DNA of 63,587 nucleotides, the filler included, from Octopus bimaculoides (Eukaryota): assembly GCF_001194135.2 (NCBI RefSeq). It is 5 parts of 4 records of this genome, joined end to end, with 100 filler letters (N's around TTAATTAATTAA, not from the genome) between each part and the next. Parts side by side here need not be neighbours in the genome. Positions count along the whole stretch, not along the records: positions 62,511 to 63,587 come from NW_026347403.1; 4 more parts are not named here. One strand, given 5' to 3'. Below are positions 62,910-63,587 of this stretch, in pieces; position 1 is the first letter of the stretch, and every line of letters starts with the position of its first letter. The notes under the pieces were generated by a model. The model saw nothing but the letters and a program-made list of their open reading frames with translations, was not told the origin of the DNA and searched no databases. The position numbers and the translations under genes were made by a program.

Positions 62910-63587
62910 GCACACACACACACACACACATATATAAACATGCACACACACACACACACTCACGCACGCACGCACACATACATACATAGATACATATCTT
63001 TCATCTGCTACTTGTTTCAGCCATCGGACTACAGCCATGCTGGGACACCGTCCGGAAGAATTTTTAATCTTATGAATCGACTCCAGTAATATTTTTGGTT
63101 AATGTTTACATCTTGACCCGGAAATGAAAATCAAAAAAAAAAATACTAGAATGGGTGTAAAACAATGTGTAAGAAACGAATATGAGAAAAGAAAAAAATG
63201 CGCGAAGAGGACTTCAGAAAATTCACAAGATCCGAGTTTTTCCCTCATAACTTTTAGGAAAATGGAGATTTTTCAATGAAATTTCATAGAAATACCATTC
63301 AAACGGCATACATTACGATTATAGAGAAATTTGTGGAGAAAATCTTTTCCAAGGGGCTGGGAGAGAACTTCGGAAAATTCACAAGGTCCAAGTTTTTCCC
63401 TCATAACTGTATATATATGTGTGTTTATATATATACATATATGTGTGCGTATATATGTGTGTATATATATGTGTGTATATATATATATGTGTATATGTGT
63501 GTGTGTGTGTGTGTGTTTGTCCCCACACATATACACACACATTGCTTGACAACCGATGCTGGTGTGTTTACGTCCCCGTAACTTAGC

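Noticed and set aside
1-63587. CRISPR array, operon or prokaryotic defence system
   Set aside because: No regularly spaced repeat-spacer array and no dense coding DNA. The sequence is eukaryotic and repeat-rich.

Overview
AT-rich, microsatellite- and gap-laden animal genomic DNA. The SINE and LINE repertoire and repeat style suggest an octopus or other coleoid cephalopod; this is inferred, not verified. Four identical 100-bp spacers (44 N + TTAATTAATTAA + 44 N) cut the window into five pieces: 1-21125, 21226-33261, 33362-49222, 49323-62410 and 62511-63587. These pieces may not be neighbours in the genome. No complete protein-coding gene can be read, and almost all supplied ORFs are microsatellite, low-complexity or N-gap artefacts. 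Supportable content: three tRNA-headed SINE families in many copies; RTE, CR1/L2-like and Dong/R4-like LINE fragments; four decayed Tc1/mariner transposases; two Chapaev3-like (CMC) transposase remnants; a 5'-truncated Gypsy element (gag knuckle, RT, RNase H, integrase, PPT, 3' LTR) inserted in one of those remnants; and a TA-flanked pogo/Tigger-like MITE. Several splice-bounded candidate host exons are present, including a 21-nt microexon. I found no convincing new biological system. The most unusual structures are a 148-bp-arm fold-back whose loop matches nearby DNA, an RTE insertion with twin-priming-type 5' inversion, an (AAT)n tract carrying Dong/R4 fragments plus a head-to-head SINE pair, and a 101-bp duplication around a LINE fragment.
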